DNA of 59,041 nt, counting the filler, from Sluysia triapertura (taxonomy: Eukaryota), in assembly GCA_046118255.1 (NCBI GenBank). It is 4 parts of 4 records of this genome, joined end to end, with 100 filler letters (N's around TTAATTAATTAA, not from the genome) between each part and the next. Parts side by side here need not be neighbours in the genome. Positions count along the whole stretch, not along the records: positions 12,560 to 30,364 come from JBJNIA010185056.1; 3 more parts are not named here. The stretch is one strand, 5' to 3'. This document shows, piece after piece, positions 15,096 to 28,857 of the stretch (position 1 is the first letter of the stretch; each line of letters starts with the position of its first letter). The notes below the pieces were generated by a model. That model had not been told where the DNA came from. It saw nothing but the letters and a program-made list of their open reading frames with translations, and searched no databases. A program made the translations under genes and the position numbers.

Positions 15096-17129
15096 GCAAG
15101 ATTATTACAGAATAATTATAATTATTATTAGCTTTATTTAAAAATTTGTTAAAACTTTTGATGTGTAATTGTTTTTACACACTTGATTTTAATTTATAAA
15201 GCTAGTTTTCTCAATATTCTACACTTTATGCTTATTCTAAAATTATACAATGGCAAGTATTTTTGACTCGTCTCTTGCTTACCAGAATTGAAAGTGCGGT
15301 TTAATGTTTAGAATCTCTGTAATAATAAATAAACTATTTATTTACTAAAATACAACAAAAATAAATAATGTTTTGTAATAGTCGTTTTAATGTGTTAAGT
15401 TATTAATTCGAATTTTATTTATCTTGATTTAAGTCATTCTTTTTGGATGTTTATTAAATTAATTAAAATTAATTCTTTATAATTCTATTAGTAACTTAAA
15501 ACTAATTATTTATAGAGGCGTAAGTCAATATTTGTCTCTGTTGTTAAAGATGGAAGTGCAAACTAAAGTCTTGTAATTTATGACTTTTGAATCTTATTTT
15601 AACGAAATTTGTTAACACAAAATTTTATAAGGTTATAACAAAGCAACAAAAAAATATAAATGACTTATCCAAACGTAAAAGTATTATTAATATTATTATT
15701 TTATTTTATTTTACTTTTAATAAAGAGAATTTAAATTTTGTACTTGCTATTACAAAACAATAATTCTCACTAAAATTTTATTTTCAATAGATAATATATC
15801 TTAACATTATAATCCGTACAAAAGTCTTAAAACAAATCGCCCAAAATATACTTCAATAAGAAGTGTCCTTCGTGAATTGTAGGTCGAATATATAAGGTGT
15901 CTAATGTTTTTCGCAAATATCAAATTAAAATTATGAAATTAGACAATGAAAAGAACTCCTATTTATACTAATTAATTTCTTTCTATATTTATTTCACTTT
16001 ATTTCAACATACATATTTATTTCAGTATTATTATTTTAATTTAACTATTTATCTAGTTTAACAGCTTAAATAAGAATTGGTCACATTGAATTATACTTAC
16101 TTTAAGCTTATTAATCCAACCGACGTTCAATAGTTGCTCCAAAAGCGTCAATAATTAAAATAGTTAATTCAAATGACGTTTATTGTTACATTGTTACATT
16201 ATACAAAATTCTAATGTTTATATATTTTTCTTGTTTGAGAATTTATAGCCATTATGTAAGATCTTTTCAATAATCAGCTTTCCTTTAATCAATATTTCAC
16301 TTTTTTTACCAATTTAACTCTATAATTATTTAAATTCAATAGATATACATTGGGTGTATAGCCAACTTTTTCTATGCACTAGTTAATTACGTATATCTTT
16401 TCACGATGCTTTATTTATATCCGCCTTGTTGGTTTTGTTTGTGAGTGTTATTTTTTATTGAATGCTACTTAATGCGATGGATTCTTGCTTTTTTTCACAT
16501 TTGTCTATTAGTTTCTTTCTTATGTTCTGTTATATAAAGATGTTTCATATTTCTTTTTGGTGTTCATAAAGATGTTTTTTGAGTTTTTTAATCGCTTTTA
16601 ATTTGTAAAGTGAATGTTTGAGGATATTTAGGTATTATAAAGAAATTGCAGTTTTCCGGTCTGGATGCCATCAAGATCTAAGGCTTATAGAATCCGGGTA
16701 TGTTTTTGAAATTTTAAAATTTAAGTAGTTCTGGAGCCATTATTATATTCGAAAATGATGCAGTGCTGAAGACAATTTTTATCTTGACACAATTTGTTTT
16801 TGTTTAAATCATTTGGATTCTTTATATGTTAGCTTCACAAAAATAAACCCATGTTGTTTTGAATAAAACAAAAACTCGGAAAAGTAGGTTTGATACAAGT
16901 AACAACAAAATGGGCAAAGTTTATTCAACTATTATTAGGAACCTCTAGATTCGTCCACGGTTTTGATATTAATTACAAGTATAAATGAAGCATATCTATG
17001 TAATAAATCAAATAAAGGCTTTAAGAATTGTAGGAAAAATTCAGTTTATCATTAATGTAAAATTTTACACTTTTTTTATATTAAACTGTAATATAAATAT
17101 ATAAATCATTTTGATGTACGATTTCATAG

Positions 17130-17384
17130 AATTATGCATTTTTTGTTTTTGAAATTGTATTATGTTAATTAGATAGGTCGATTTTGCCACGTCTGTTTCT
17201 GAAATTTTCATCTGAAAATCAGGTGGAAGATTGGTTAATTGCACTAAATATAGTTTTGAATTCTACTCGTAAAAAACTGCATCATTTCTATACTAATGGT
17301 CCTAGATTATGGGTTCTTAATCAGTTTCACGAACCATTTTGTGCATACAGCACCGATGCTTCTGCTCATGATAAATGGTATCAA
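17130..17384 (+). CDS. Exon encoding PH-domain C-terminal half and start of a propeller-like segment (TECPR1-like); in-frame TAA at 17166
   Basis: catag|NYAFFVFEIVLC*LDRSILPRLFLKFSSENQVEDWLIALN...GPRLWVLNQFHEPF...DKWYQ|gttagt; PH terminal helix with conserved W. An alternative acceptor at 17171-17172 lies just after the stop. Confidence 0.6.
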
Positions 17385-18599
17385 GTTAGTTAATAAATCT
17401 ATTATAATTAATAAAAATGTTAAACAAAATAATAGTTATTATGTATTGTTTATAAAGCGCTTGTAGACAAGCTTTATTTTCATTGGTGTAAATATTAAAT
17501 ATTAAATTAGCTATTTAATTTCGACTCATTTTATAAAATTTTGTGCATTTTGTAATTAAAACAGTATCATATTACTTGAAAAATTCATTTTAATTGCCAA
17601 TCTTATTTAGGTTTTCAAATTATTAGGCACTTCATCAGTTTAACTTAAATTGGACTCATTAAAACAAACGAAATATTGCCCGATTTTGGAAAATATAATC
17701 TTGATAAAATCTTTAAACACAATCATAGTGACTCATTTATATGGATATATAAGTGACATTACTTACACATTTTTAATCTTTCTAATATTTTTAAATGTTT
17801 TTATATTAATAAATTTGTTAAATTTTTTATTGATCGTGGTTGGTTTTGTGAATAGTTTTAGGTTTTGAGATATGATTTAGTAATGGATTTATTAATAGAT
17901 GCACTTTTATATAATGGTATTAATATAAAATTGACTTTATTAAGTGAAATATAAATAAATAAATAAATTAAAAATAATAATAATTATGATAATACATTAA
18001 TTTATACAATGCTAATATCTACTCTACGCGGTCTTAGTACACAAAAGCTTTTAGATTTCTGAAATAGAAAAAATTTTCTGTTAATTATTTCACATAGACC
18101 GTCGTGCAATCAAGTATTGGATACTAACTTAAAAACAATAATGAAGTATTGTTACTAGAAGTTGCATCCTTAAGTCCGTATAAGATTTCAAGTAATAAAC
18201 ATAATTTAGAGGACGTTTTCTCATTGAAATGCTCGTTGAATGTTTAAAACCTTTCATGATTAATATTTTGACGTAAGATTTCTAGTGTAGCTTAATGATA
18301 ATGTAACATAATATTCATTTATTATTAAATAATCCATTATTAAAATTATTTAATAAAATTTTTACTAACAAAATAAAATAAAATAATTAAACATAGAATT
18401 TAATCCAGGACAATAATAATAATAGTAATAATAATTATTATTATTATTATTATTATCATTACCAATTGAATACAAAATCATTAATAGAACAAACAGTATA
18501 GTGAAAGTTTCAGTTAGAATTATTATTATTACTGTTATTAAAAAAATTTTTACTATAGAAGTTATATACATAATTGTTATGAGAAAAATTATATAAAGG

Positions 18600-18700
18600 A
18601 ATTACTATATGTCGTTGTTATTGAATATTATTACTATCGCTGTTATTGAATATTACTATCGTCGTTATTTGATATTATTGTCGTTATTTAAATTATTAAT
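18600..18700. repeat. Degenerate ~21-27 bp minisatellite
   Basis: About four units of attactatcg(tc/ct)gttattgaat. Confidence 0.7.
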
Positions 18701-19299
18701 ATCGCGAAAGAATTTAAATTTCTATTATTACATGGAATATCAGTATAAAAGGCATCACAAAAAATCATAAAACACACAATAATCGAGAGAAAAAAGTTAC
18801 GATACAACAGAATAGATTTAGCTTAATACTTTGATAGTCGTTTTCGGAGAATAGCAGACAATCATCAGGAATCTAGTTATTTATGGACCATTATCAGTTT
18901 ATATATACATATATCGATACAATTGACAATATTTCCAGCTATTGATTATACAAAAGTGAGTAATTATATTTTGTCTGGGATTAAATTTTATAATAAACTT
19001 TCTTGTATTTTTTATACGTTAAAAATATATTGTAATTATTAATAAATAGTTTAGTTCATTTGTTTGTTTTATTATTACGAGTAAGTTGAGAATAAAATTG
19101 CTTTAAAGAGTTTCTTTGACAAATCAACTATTAGCTTTTCCATTCCCGAACATCGGAATGGGTATAAGAGCTCCGATCTCGAGATAACGATAATACAATT
19201 AATATCTAATAAATATAGATTGAGAAAGATAAATAATAAATAAATTTACCAACCGAATCATAGCAATATAAGATATATTTAATTGTCGGATAAGTCCTT

Positions 19300-20950
19300 A
19301 CGAGTCTATAGGTTTTTTGAAAATAAATACTTCATACTAATTTATTAAAAAACAAAATCTAACACTACTAATAAATCTGCTACTTCCCAATAACTCCTTG
19401 TCACTAATTAAATTATCTAAAACTGGAATTAAATCTAAAATTTGTTATAATCAAAAAGATACAACTCAATTATATTCAATGAAATACAATACTGCAATTA
19501 CCCTAATGAATTAACTAAATGTAGCGAAACTCACAATTAACAATTAATCTTAACAGATAAAATTATACAAAATATCCAGAAAGTGTATAAACTATATTTA
19601 ATATAAATTATCACTAGATGATTAACAGTAATTTTATAATAATATTAATAACACAATAGTTTAATCAAGAAACCAAGGCTGATTCAACTAACAAAAGTTT
19701 TTACACAAAAATTAAATCTGTTGATTCTAATTTTGATTCACAATTTTAATATTATAAATTCTAAATTAATCAATTAAATAATTTCTTAATTATATTATCA
19801 AAAATATTTTGGGCAGAGAGCCTCCCAAAAATTAACTTACCAATAACTTAGTCGCAATCAAAAACCGCTTATGATGATTTGAAAAATATCATCATACAAC
19901 AATACCATCCTAAAGGTTTTCCAAAATTATTTTATGTCACAAACTATGGGTACCTTATCACTCTCCGAATTTCTTTCAAAGATAAGGATTGACTTAGGAC
20001 CTTTGGATGCGATACGGATGAAAACCATGATATTCTGAAACGTTTGTTTTTGGACCCTATGCCATCTTTAGTCAAGGCAGTTCTCGTCGGTAGTCAAATC
20101 GACAATATTGATGAATTGATCCACCTTGCCGACAAAATAATTCTACACTGGCGTGCGGATCATAATGAAGTTGTAAACACCATGCAAAGCACTACCAATA
20201 CTCCAACTCCAACTCAACCACCACATCTTCATCAGATTATCTAATTTAACGCACAGACAGTCTAACTCAACAAATGGTTCAAATTACCAAAATTATCACC
20301 AACAAACAAAGGTCACATTCTCCCACAAAAAGATTTAATTTTCCAACAACTTCTATGGCTTCTTCTTCATGGATTTCCTTCAACAATAGCAAATCTTTTA
20401 ACGGAATCTGCTATTATCACAATAAATATCATCAACGCGCTAAATGCTACGTATTGTGATTCAGATTTAACAAATCAATTACTCTTGCAATTAAGAACTT
20501 ATGTACTTTTCATGCGCAACATGGCAAAAGGTGTTGCACCTACTTCAAAAACTTTAAGCCTATACAAAAAAACTAAACGGTCACAGCAGCCAGACCGAAA
20601 CCTTGGCGATCAACGGAATTTTCTCAATGCTGCTCACTTTCCTCAATTTTCAGTATCACAAATTGGATTTTCTCGTCGATACAGGAGCTATTCCTCACAA
20701 AATGATCAAACATTCTTCACAGACACCTTGCTTTTTAACAGCAGCCAACGATTCTCAGAAATTAAAATTCAAGATCAATCATTTCAACCAACCATTTCAG
20801 TAGACATTTCTAATTGCCACTAACAGCCAACAATAGGAGCAGATTTCTTAAGTCACCACAAGCTCCTTGTTGACTGTTCCAAATAAAACCTCGAGTAAAT
20901 CTCCCGACATGTGTCTCATATAAAAATTCAGCTCGACTAACTCAACGAAT
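19300..20950 (+). mobile_element. Decayed Ty3/Gypsy gag-protease fragment (CsRn1-like)
   Basis: YDDLKNIIIQQY, DILKRLFLDPMP..VKAVL, IDELIHLADKII; CYYHNKY..RAKC and a second YFHAQHG knuckle-like motif; protease DFLVDTGA, LTAAN and IGADFLSHHKLLVD. Confidence 0.85.
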
Positions 20951-21097
20951 CAAATTTTGTATCCAAATCTTTTATGAAAACGATACCATCTCAACCATGC
21001 AAAAAACGACGTCGAGAACTTATACAAACTCTTCATTCTCAAGCAGAACTTGAATTCCTTTAAATGGAAAACAAGGAATTGTGCGGAAATCATCTTG

Positions 21098-21203
21098 TAA
21101 TGATGACTAATTTTTAATGATTTAAATTGTGTGTCAATGATCAAATTATTTAAATTGTGTGTTAATGATGACTAATTTTCAATGATTTAAATTGTGTGAC
21201 AAT
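21098..21203. repeat. Short tandem repeat (3 units, ~28-37 bp)
   Basis: aatgatgactaatttttaatgatttaaattgtgtg repeated. Confidence 0.85.
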
Positions 21204-22960
21204 ATATTTAACCATTTATGTGAACATTAATTATTGATTATTTTAAATTTGTTATTTTGAATTTGTGCTAATTTTAATTTATTTTATTTTGGAATTTTGT
21301 AAATTTTAAAAGTATGTTTTTAATTTTTATTATTAAATTAAATTATTTTAAATTAAATTTTTATTAAAATTATTTTTGAAGCTAATGAGATCCAATTATT
21401 TTAATTAAAAACTTTATTTTGTTAAATTAAATTTTGTTTTATCGAAATATATCCTTTTGTTTTAATCTGACCTCAAGGTTAGATTAAAACTACTATATAT
21501 ACTGTATAACCCACATAATAATGAAATAATGTCGTTATTACTCATTTGGATGATGCATTACGTTAATTTAAATATAAAATAAATAGGAAAATATTATTTC
21601 ATTACATTAGTTTTACTTCTTTATTTTATTCTTTAAAATAAAGTACATTTTTAGTCCTACACGATTTAATAAGATTTTTACATATGCTAGATTCATTTTA
21701 CAGAATTGTATTTAGATGTATTTAAGGTTGTGAATACTTAGGGGTATTGTTTATATGGTTAATTTCTTTTAAATATAATATCCTATTCTTTAATCTTGAC
21801 TTTGTTCATTTTTTGGTTACTTTTCATTTACATTGGTGAATAATGATTTTCTTTTGTTCCTAATAAGTAATAACAAGATCTGTGTTTGGTTTATTTATTG
21901 AATAATAATTCAATCGACTCTTTTATATGGTTATTGTCGAAGTGTATGTTCCTATTGGAACAATGGCTTTGTTAGACAAACAGGATTTCTGAGTCGTACA
22001 TTAAGGATGTATGAGGTGCACATGTAATTGTGAAATGCATAAGGTGAACTGTATTACGTTTATGTCCAATAAACGTAATTATTTCCTTATAAGTATTGAC
22101 GTAAATAGAAATTTTGGAGATATTTTTGGCATAATAAATGTGTTTTGCGAAAATAATAAGATATATTCTTGAAAAGCCAGTATTTTCAATAGAGAAATCA
22201 TTCTGTGTTGTTTTGTAATTAGTGAATTTGTTTCTAATATCTTGGTCAATTTTGGAATTGATGAATATATTTATATCGGTACGCAGACTTTGGTCGAAAT
22301 GGCACAATTGTTTTTAAAATATGACTGATATGGGCTGTATGTTCATAGATCATTCGAAGCCTTTGTCGCGAAACTGTTGCTATTTTTGTTTGATAAAAGT
22401 TCTACAAAACCCTTCATTAAGTTTTACTACATCAAACTGATATATAAACTTACAGATCACAAAACACGACGCATGTTTACCTTTACAATTCGAATAATTT
22501 TGAACTTCATTCAACAAATTTGTCATATTCGATAACTTTTACTTTAAAATTTCAATTTTGATTTTGAAATTTATTTTTCTAAATTTTCATTCTTTTTGTC
22601 TAAATTCAATGAATACACTAATGCTGTTGAAATACGATTTTCGTATTTTGATTTAAATTCTCTAGCTACAAATTCTATACATTTAAGATTTAATCATCCA
22701 TTAAATTCCTTATCATATATCATAAATGACAAGTATATAATTAAACATTGCTTCTTTAGATATCATTTGAGTAATAATTTCATCAAAAGCTTCATTTACT
22801 AATAGATAACGAGCCAATATCGTTTTCCCACACTAAATAATTGTATGTTTAAATAGAATTACGTTATTAATATAGTTGAACAAATAATCTAAATTCGCAA
22901 AATTTCATACGAAAAATTATTACAAAATAACCATACTTTGGTTTCCCTGAAAACTACTTG

Positions 22961-24374
22961 CAATAACTAAAAAGTATAGGACACCCTCTATTTTTGCTGC
23001 ATATAGCAACACAATTTATAATATAACAAATTAACAATATTATTTAATAAATAAAAAACGAATAAACTATTACTTAATTATAATTTCCAATTTTAGTACA
23101 CTTTTAATTACTATATTGCATTTAGTTAAATAAATTTCATTTCAGAAGTATAGAACATTTTTTGTAAGTATATCATTATATCATATTAGGACTTTATTTC
23201 ATTACATTTAAATTGTTTTAATATTTACCGTATAATGGTGCGTGGATTTAAACTTAGCGAATACTGAAAAGGAAAGATTGATGTATATTCCCAAAAAGGA
23301 GAAAGTAATGCATGTATTGCCAAAAAGTTAAAGAGATCAAGATATGCGATATTCATTTATTTGGTTAATAGTTATAAAAAACAATGGAAACAAATGGGCT
23401 GTTCTAACCAGCAGAAAAAGAGTTTAATAAGCTATGCGAAAAATACAACATCTACAACTCGCATAATGTCATATTTAGAGCTAAACTGAAGTAAAACAAC
23501 AGGATGGAGAATATTAAAAAATTGAATCGAATTCATTAAAATGCTTGCTAAACCTTTACTTACTGATGCTCATAAAATAGCAAGAATTGACTTTGCCAAC
23601 AATCATATTAATAACCACAGTGACTAGACCAAGATAATATTCTGAGATGAGAAGAAATTTAATTTGGATGGTTATAAATACTACTGGCATCATCGAAACG
23701 ATTAAAAAAGAAATATTTTCGGAGAGCATTTGTGGTGGAGAATGCCATAATTTATGATAAAAAGCTAGCTTTACATGGGGTTCCATCAACTCTTAATGGT
23801 GATAAGTACTATGATTTGATAAAAGAAGTGTCAAGCTTCTAGAAAATATCAATGTTATCTTTTAGCAGGATAACGCTCCTTATCATCGATCTAAAGGGAC
23901 ATTTAATAAGTTCAGTGAAGATGCATTAAAAATGTTAAAGTGACCAGCATTATCTCTTGACTTCAATCCAACAGAAAATTTATGGTCTCAATTAAACAGT
24001 CAAGGAAAACAGTTTAACAATATATGTAAAATATATCTAAATATGCAAAATTTATATAAAAAAATGCAACATTGGATGCTTTTGGAAAGGATTGAAATAA
24101 AAAGTACAAAAACATTGATTAATTCGATGACAAAACTCTGGAACATCAATAAAATAGTAATTCTGTACAAGACGTTGCATGATCTCTTAAATAAAAAATT
24201 TGTATAATGTGTTTTGCAGTTTCAAAACAGAATCTATTTGGCTAATTGCAATGTAATAGTTAAAATATACCAAAAGATGTTTTTTAATATACTGCGTAAT
24301 TAATTTGTTGCAATATAAATTGTGTTTGTATAAAAAGTAAAATAGTGGTTCCCTATACCTTTGAAACCCAATTG
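22961..24374 (+). mobile_element. Decayed Tc1/Tc3-like (DD34E) transposon
   Basis: Imperfect ~80-bp TIRs (aaagtataggacacc...aacacaatttata / tataaattgtgtt...ttccctatacctttg); ATG at 23235 MVRGFKLSEY; IIFSDEKKFNLDG, YYWH, QDNAPYHRS, PALSLDFNPTENLWS. Confidence 0.9.
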
Positions 24375-25210
24375 AATTTATATTTATACAAGCATTTGAA
24401 TACACACAATTGAATTTGTAATTGTAAATAAAAATCAATAAATGTATGGCGTTATTATTATATTATTATTGTATTAAAATTAATTAAAATAAATTTATTA
24501 TTGTGTTAAAATTAATAATTTATTATAAAATTAATACCATCATTCATCATATTATTACATTAAAATTTATTTAAAATTAAAATATTTAAAATTTTGTTTT
24601 AATATATTCACGGCCAGATCAACCAACTATTTAAAGATCAAAGAATCTGAGATTTAACACAACATTATTTAAATCAAGACAACATTGTTTAACAATCTTA
24701 TTATTGTGCCTGACTGTAACAAAGAAAACTTTTCAATCTTACAAGCAAATGATTACACTGATTTCACAATCGAAGAACTACAGTTTTCAATAGAGTAATT
24801 TATTGTTTAATCCTTAGATCATTATTACATACATAAACCAATTTTTCTTTAGGTTGTAAATTAATACTTACAATTAAAATTTTATTTTTATATGCCCCTT
24901 TTAATTTGGGTTTCATAACATTTAACCTAAATTTTAATAGCAAAGATGATATGATAATCTTAAGATATCAGTGTAACTTATAATTTTATGTTTTATAAGT
25001 TAAACATAAGTTACGTTTATATTTATAATTTTTTGTTTTCACTAACGCTTTTGCAAGTATAAATATATCATTTTTAATATATTTTTGTTATCATGATTTT
25101 TGTTTCTTATCACATGAGGAACGCCGTTTTTACACAGACGAAAATTTAAACTTAAAAAACCTAAGGTACTGACAACGTTTTTAACTTTACGGTAGAAAAA
25201 TCTTACTTAA

Positions 25211-25711
25211 CCCTATCGCCGCCGCTGGGACCAATTGGTCCCACTTATATTTCTGAAAGTTTCTCAGGCCTAAGCAGGTCATGTTGCATATTGTTTTAGA
25301 GGATTAAATAAGGACAATGTTTTGCATAATCGTTTTTGCTTTTAAAGTGTGTGCACAAAGTTATTTCAATAATATACCACCATTTTGTGAGAAAAATATT
25401 TGAATTAAATAAAATAAGCGAAAATATTATAAAGTCTAAAGTTATTATTACTTTTGTTAGAAGATGGTAGATTGCTTTAGAACATTCCACACTATATTAC
25501 ACTTTGATAGAGAATACTAAATTTACCAATTTTCACATTTTATGTGATTTTATTGAAAATTCATGAAAAGTTATACATTTTTTATTAATTTTGAAATTAA
25601 GACTAACACAAGTGGAGTCAGCTTTTTAATGGTTTTTTTTCAGATATTATTTCATATAATCTCTCCAATAAATTTATCTTTGCAAAAATGCGCTCACCGG
25701 CGGTTAAGGGG
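25211..25711. mobile_element. TTAA-flanked piggyBac-like MITE
   Basis: TTAA|CCCTATCGCCGCCG ... CCGGCGGTTAAGGGG|TTAA; GC-rich imperfect TIRs and subterminal palindrome GGGACCAATTGGTCCC. Confidence 0.7.
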
Positions 25712-26664
25712 TTAATCCTCATGAAAGATGATAATAACAAAGAACTTATCAAATTAGAAAAAGAAAGGATCTTATTAGACGTAATTGTAGAAATGTTAGA
25801 AAAATTATTAATTAGTATGAAACTGACAATCAGGTAGAAAAAAAGGAAAAAACCATATTTCAATAAAATTAAGTTAATTTTAGAAGAAATTAAAAGAAAA
25901 CTAGAAGAATCATGCATTTGTCTATTAGATGATTCTATTACAAACAAAAATGATCCGTGCAGAATTACATACTTTATATATGCACCTCATTTGATGTCAC
26001 AATATTTTATCGCATTAAATTATTAAACAATCATAGTGATCTCATGTGGCACATATATCTAACAATACCATCATAGTTTATTCTTAAAATAGCTGCTTTT
26101 ACTGAATGACATCCTCTTTAGATATATTGATGCATTATTTTCATTTCATTCAATTTTGATAATATTACATTCGGATACAGATATGTAAATATTTAAAATA
26201 GATGGATTGCCACATTTCAGATGAGGTAATACAATGAGAATGCTAGTAAATAAGCATTTTTATGTGACTTTAAGTAAATGACTAATAATAATATTTTTGA
26301 CATTTTTAATAATCCACTTATAAAATATTATTAATTATAATGTTAAAGTAAAGTAACTTGACAATTCATATAGTTCCTTAAACTTGCTTGACTGAGTTTT
26401 AAATGGAAAGATAAAGCTTAAAGTTTAAGATTTTGTTAAAAAATGGCAGATAAAGAATAGTGAATTTATAATATACTTTGTCTCCATAAAATAAAACTTA
26501 TTAATGTTCCTTAGAAAGGTATAAACATTTTCGCTGCAAGTATAGTATTTTTATTTTCCCATTTTTATTGATCACATAAAAATTGTTTACACATTTTAAA
26601 ATATTTCGTTATAATATTTTTTTCTGTTTTGGTAGCTCTATTTATAAAAAATTAATTTAAACTA

Positions 26665-27834
26665 TTAGAAAACAATACTAACTATTTGGGAACTTAAAAA
26701 GCCTAATTTTTTCTGAATTAATGCTGCTGATTCTGTTGTTATGGAATTAGTTGTCACAGTAATAGAAGCAGTACTTGATACTGCTGTATTAGTCACTGTA
26801 ATAGCGCCATTTTTACCATTAGTTTTGATAACAGTATTTAACATTATTGGATCAATACCTTCGTGTGTTTTTTTATGCTTCGCTAAATGATCGCTTCTCA
26901 TGAATCTCTTAAAGCAAAGCGGGCAAACAAATCTTTTTTCACCTGTATGTGTACGCATATGACGCTGTAATTCATCTGATCTAGTAAATGATTTACTGCA
27001 CAGGTGGTACGTGCATACAAAAGGTCGATCGTTGTTATGCCAACGAATGTGTGCTTTAAGATGTGATGTTTTGCCATAAGTTTTGCGACAAATGAAACAA
27101 ATATGTACTTTTTTGGCGCCTTGCAAGTGGGCACGTGAATTTAGACCTTGATGACAATTAGGACACGTACACTTCTGACATTTACGTGTAGTTGTTGTGT
27201 TTGTTGCTGGTCCTGTGGTGGTAATTGGATTTGGCTTTTGAGGAACAGATGTACTGCTAATACCAGAATTGTTACTAAGTGGAATTGTTGATATTTGAGA
27301 AGGTACAGTTGAAGTAGTAACTAAAGGCAAAAACGAAGTTGTGCTATTGGTGGAAATTAAAGAATTGGAATGTAATAGGTTGGTTAAACAGTAAGATTGT
27401 GATGATGATGTTGGTGGTGAGAATGATGATAATGAATCTGACTGAATCTTAGAAGATGCAGGAGGTACTGTGTTTAAACTGCGCAAAAACAAATCAAATG
27501 GTGGAGTGGTAGAGTGTTCAAATATCGAAGAAACTGGAGTATTAATAGGAGATGCTTTTCTGGGAATTGGTCGAATGGGAGATATTTTCTGATTCACAAA
27601 ATATTGTTCTGTTGTTTTTTGAAGAGCTGTCATTTCTGGACTAAACCAGAAATCAAAGCTAGGACTTGAAGATGATGTTACAGATGACACGGAAGCTGTT
27701 GATGAAAAATTAGCTAAATTGAATGGTAAGGATGCCGTATTGATGTTAAAATCTAAACCACTTGTCATAGTACCGAAATTACTAAATGTTAACGGTAAAT
27801 TCGATTTTGTTAAACCAAACAAAGATGAATTCAT
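26665..27834 (-). CDS. sp5: Sp-family C2H2 zinc-finger transcription factor, Sp5/buttonhead type
   Basis: Intact 389-aa ORF; S/T-rich N-terminus; Btd box [11 protein letters not shown] (the CxxCxCPNC form of Sp5/btd, not the RATCDCPNC form of Sp6-9); three fingers [42 protein letters not shown]. Confidence 0.9.
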   Translation of the reverse strand: MNSSLFGLTKSNLPLTFSNFGTMTSGLDFNINTASLPFNLANFSSTASVSSVTSSSSPSFDFWFSPEMTALQKTTEQYFVNQKISPIRPIPRKASPINTPVSSIFEHSTTPPFDLFLRSLNTVPPASSKIQSDSLSSFSPPTSSSQSYCLTNLLHSNSLISTNSTTSFLPLVTTSTVPSQISTIPLSNNSGISSTSVPQKPNPITTTGPATNTTTTRKCQKCTCPNCHQGLNSRAHLQGAKKVHICFICRKTYGKTSHLKAHIRWHNNDRPFVCTYHLCSKSFTRSDELQRHMRTHTGEKRFVCPLCFKRFMRSDHLAKHKKTHEGIDPIMLNTVIKTNGKNGAITVTNTAVSSTASITVTTNSITTESAALIQKKLGFLSSQIVSIVF

Positions 27835-27842
27835 TTTTATTG

Positions 27843-28207
27843 CTACAATAAAATTAAAATGCCGTTAAAATATAATAAAGTAATAAATAAGAAAAAATAT
27901 TAAAATCCCATCATTTTATATCAATATCAATTTTGAAAGGAAGGAGGATATTTAAACAATGCTAATTTTCCCAAATTGGCGCCAATTTTAACAACTAAAC
28001 AATCAATAACAATTTCAAGTATTATTTAGAGTTTAACACGTTAAACTTATGAGTTTTATTATAAACAAAAACATTTTTCAATTGTATTATCCTGTCCAAT
28101 GTCTACAAGACATACTTTTACTTGATAACACAAAATGATAACAAAAACGGATATCTTATATAAGAGTTTATTTTATCATAAAAAATAAATATAAAAGAAA
28201 TACTCAC
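27843..28207 (-). other. Putative first intron of sp5, ending 8 nt before the ATG
   Basis: Minus-strand donor GTGAGTA at 28207 and acceptor ttttattgtag ending at 27843. Confidence 0.55.
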
Positions 28208-28857
28208 TTTTGTTTTTGATTTTAGAATAACTAAAATAACGTTCTATATCTCAATCTGTTTTCTTAAAAATTTGTTCCAAATTAAAAATTCGCAATCGAA
28301 TAATAAAACAATTCGGTCAATTATTTCAAAATCAAAAGAACTATTATAATTAACTCAATCTATTTATAAGATTATTTTGGACCTATTAAGTTTAATATTC
28401 TAAATTATCCAATCAATGCTTAGTTATTCCAGTTATATGATATATATACTTACACAAAACGATGTTTGATAATCATTAGATTTTAAATTTTCTCTCTCGA
28501 CACTAACAACAAACTACTGATTTATTACTGGTACTGATAAGCACGCTAGCACATAAATACACACAAACAGTAAAGCGCTTAGTATGCACAACCAGTATAC
28601 ATATTTTAAAATAATACTATGCATACACATTCGGTTGATTGATTCAAATATGAAATCATCATCAAACTCAGATCAGTTTGTATTTCTTGTTATGTCCAAT
28701 TGAAATTATATTGCAAATTAATTTAACACACCAAATTAAACAACCTTTATTTATTGGTGTTTAAATTTTACTGTCTAGACTGTATGTTTTAAATATATCA
28801 GCACGGTTCATAATTATAAATTATAGTCTTTCTCTTTATGTATAACTTTATCATTTA

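Noticed and set aside
26898-27134. 78-aa ORF overlapping sp5
   Set aside because: Alternative frame of the zinc-finger region
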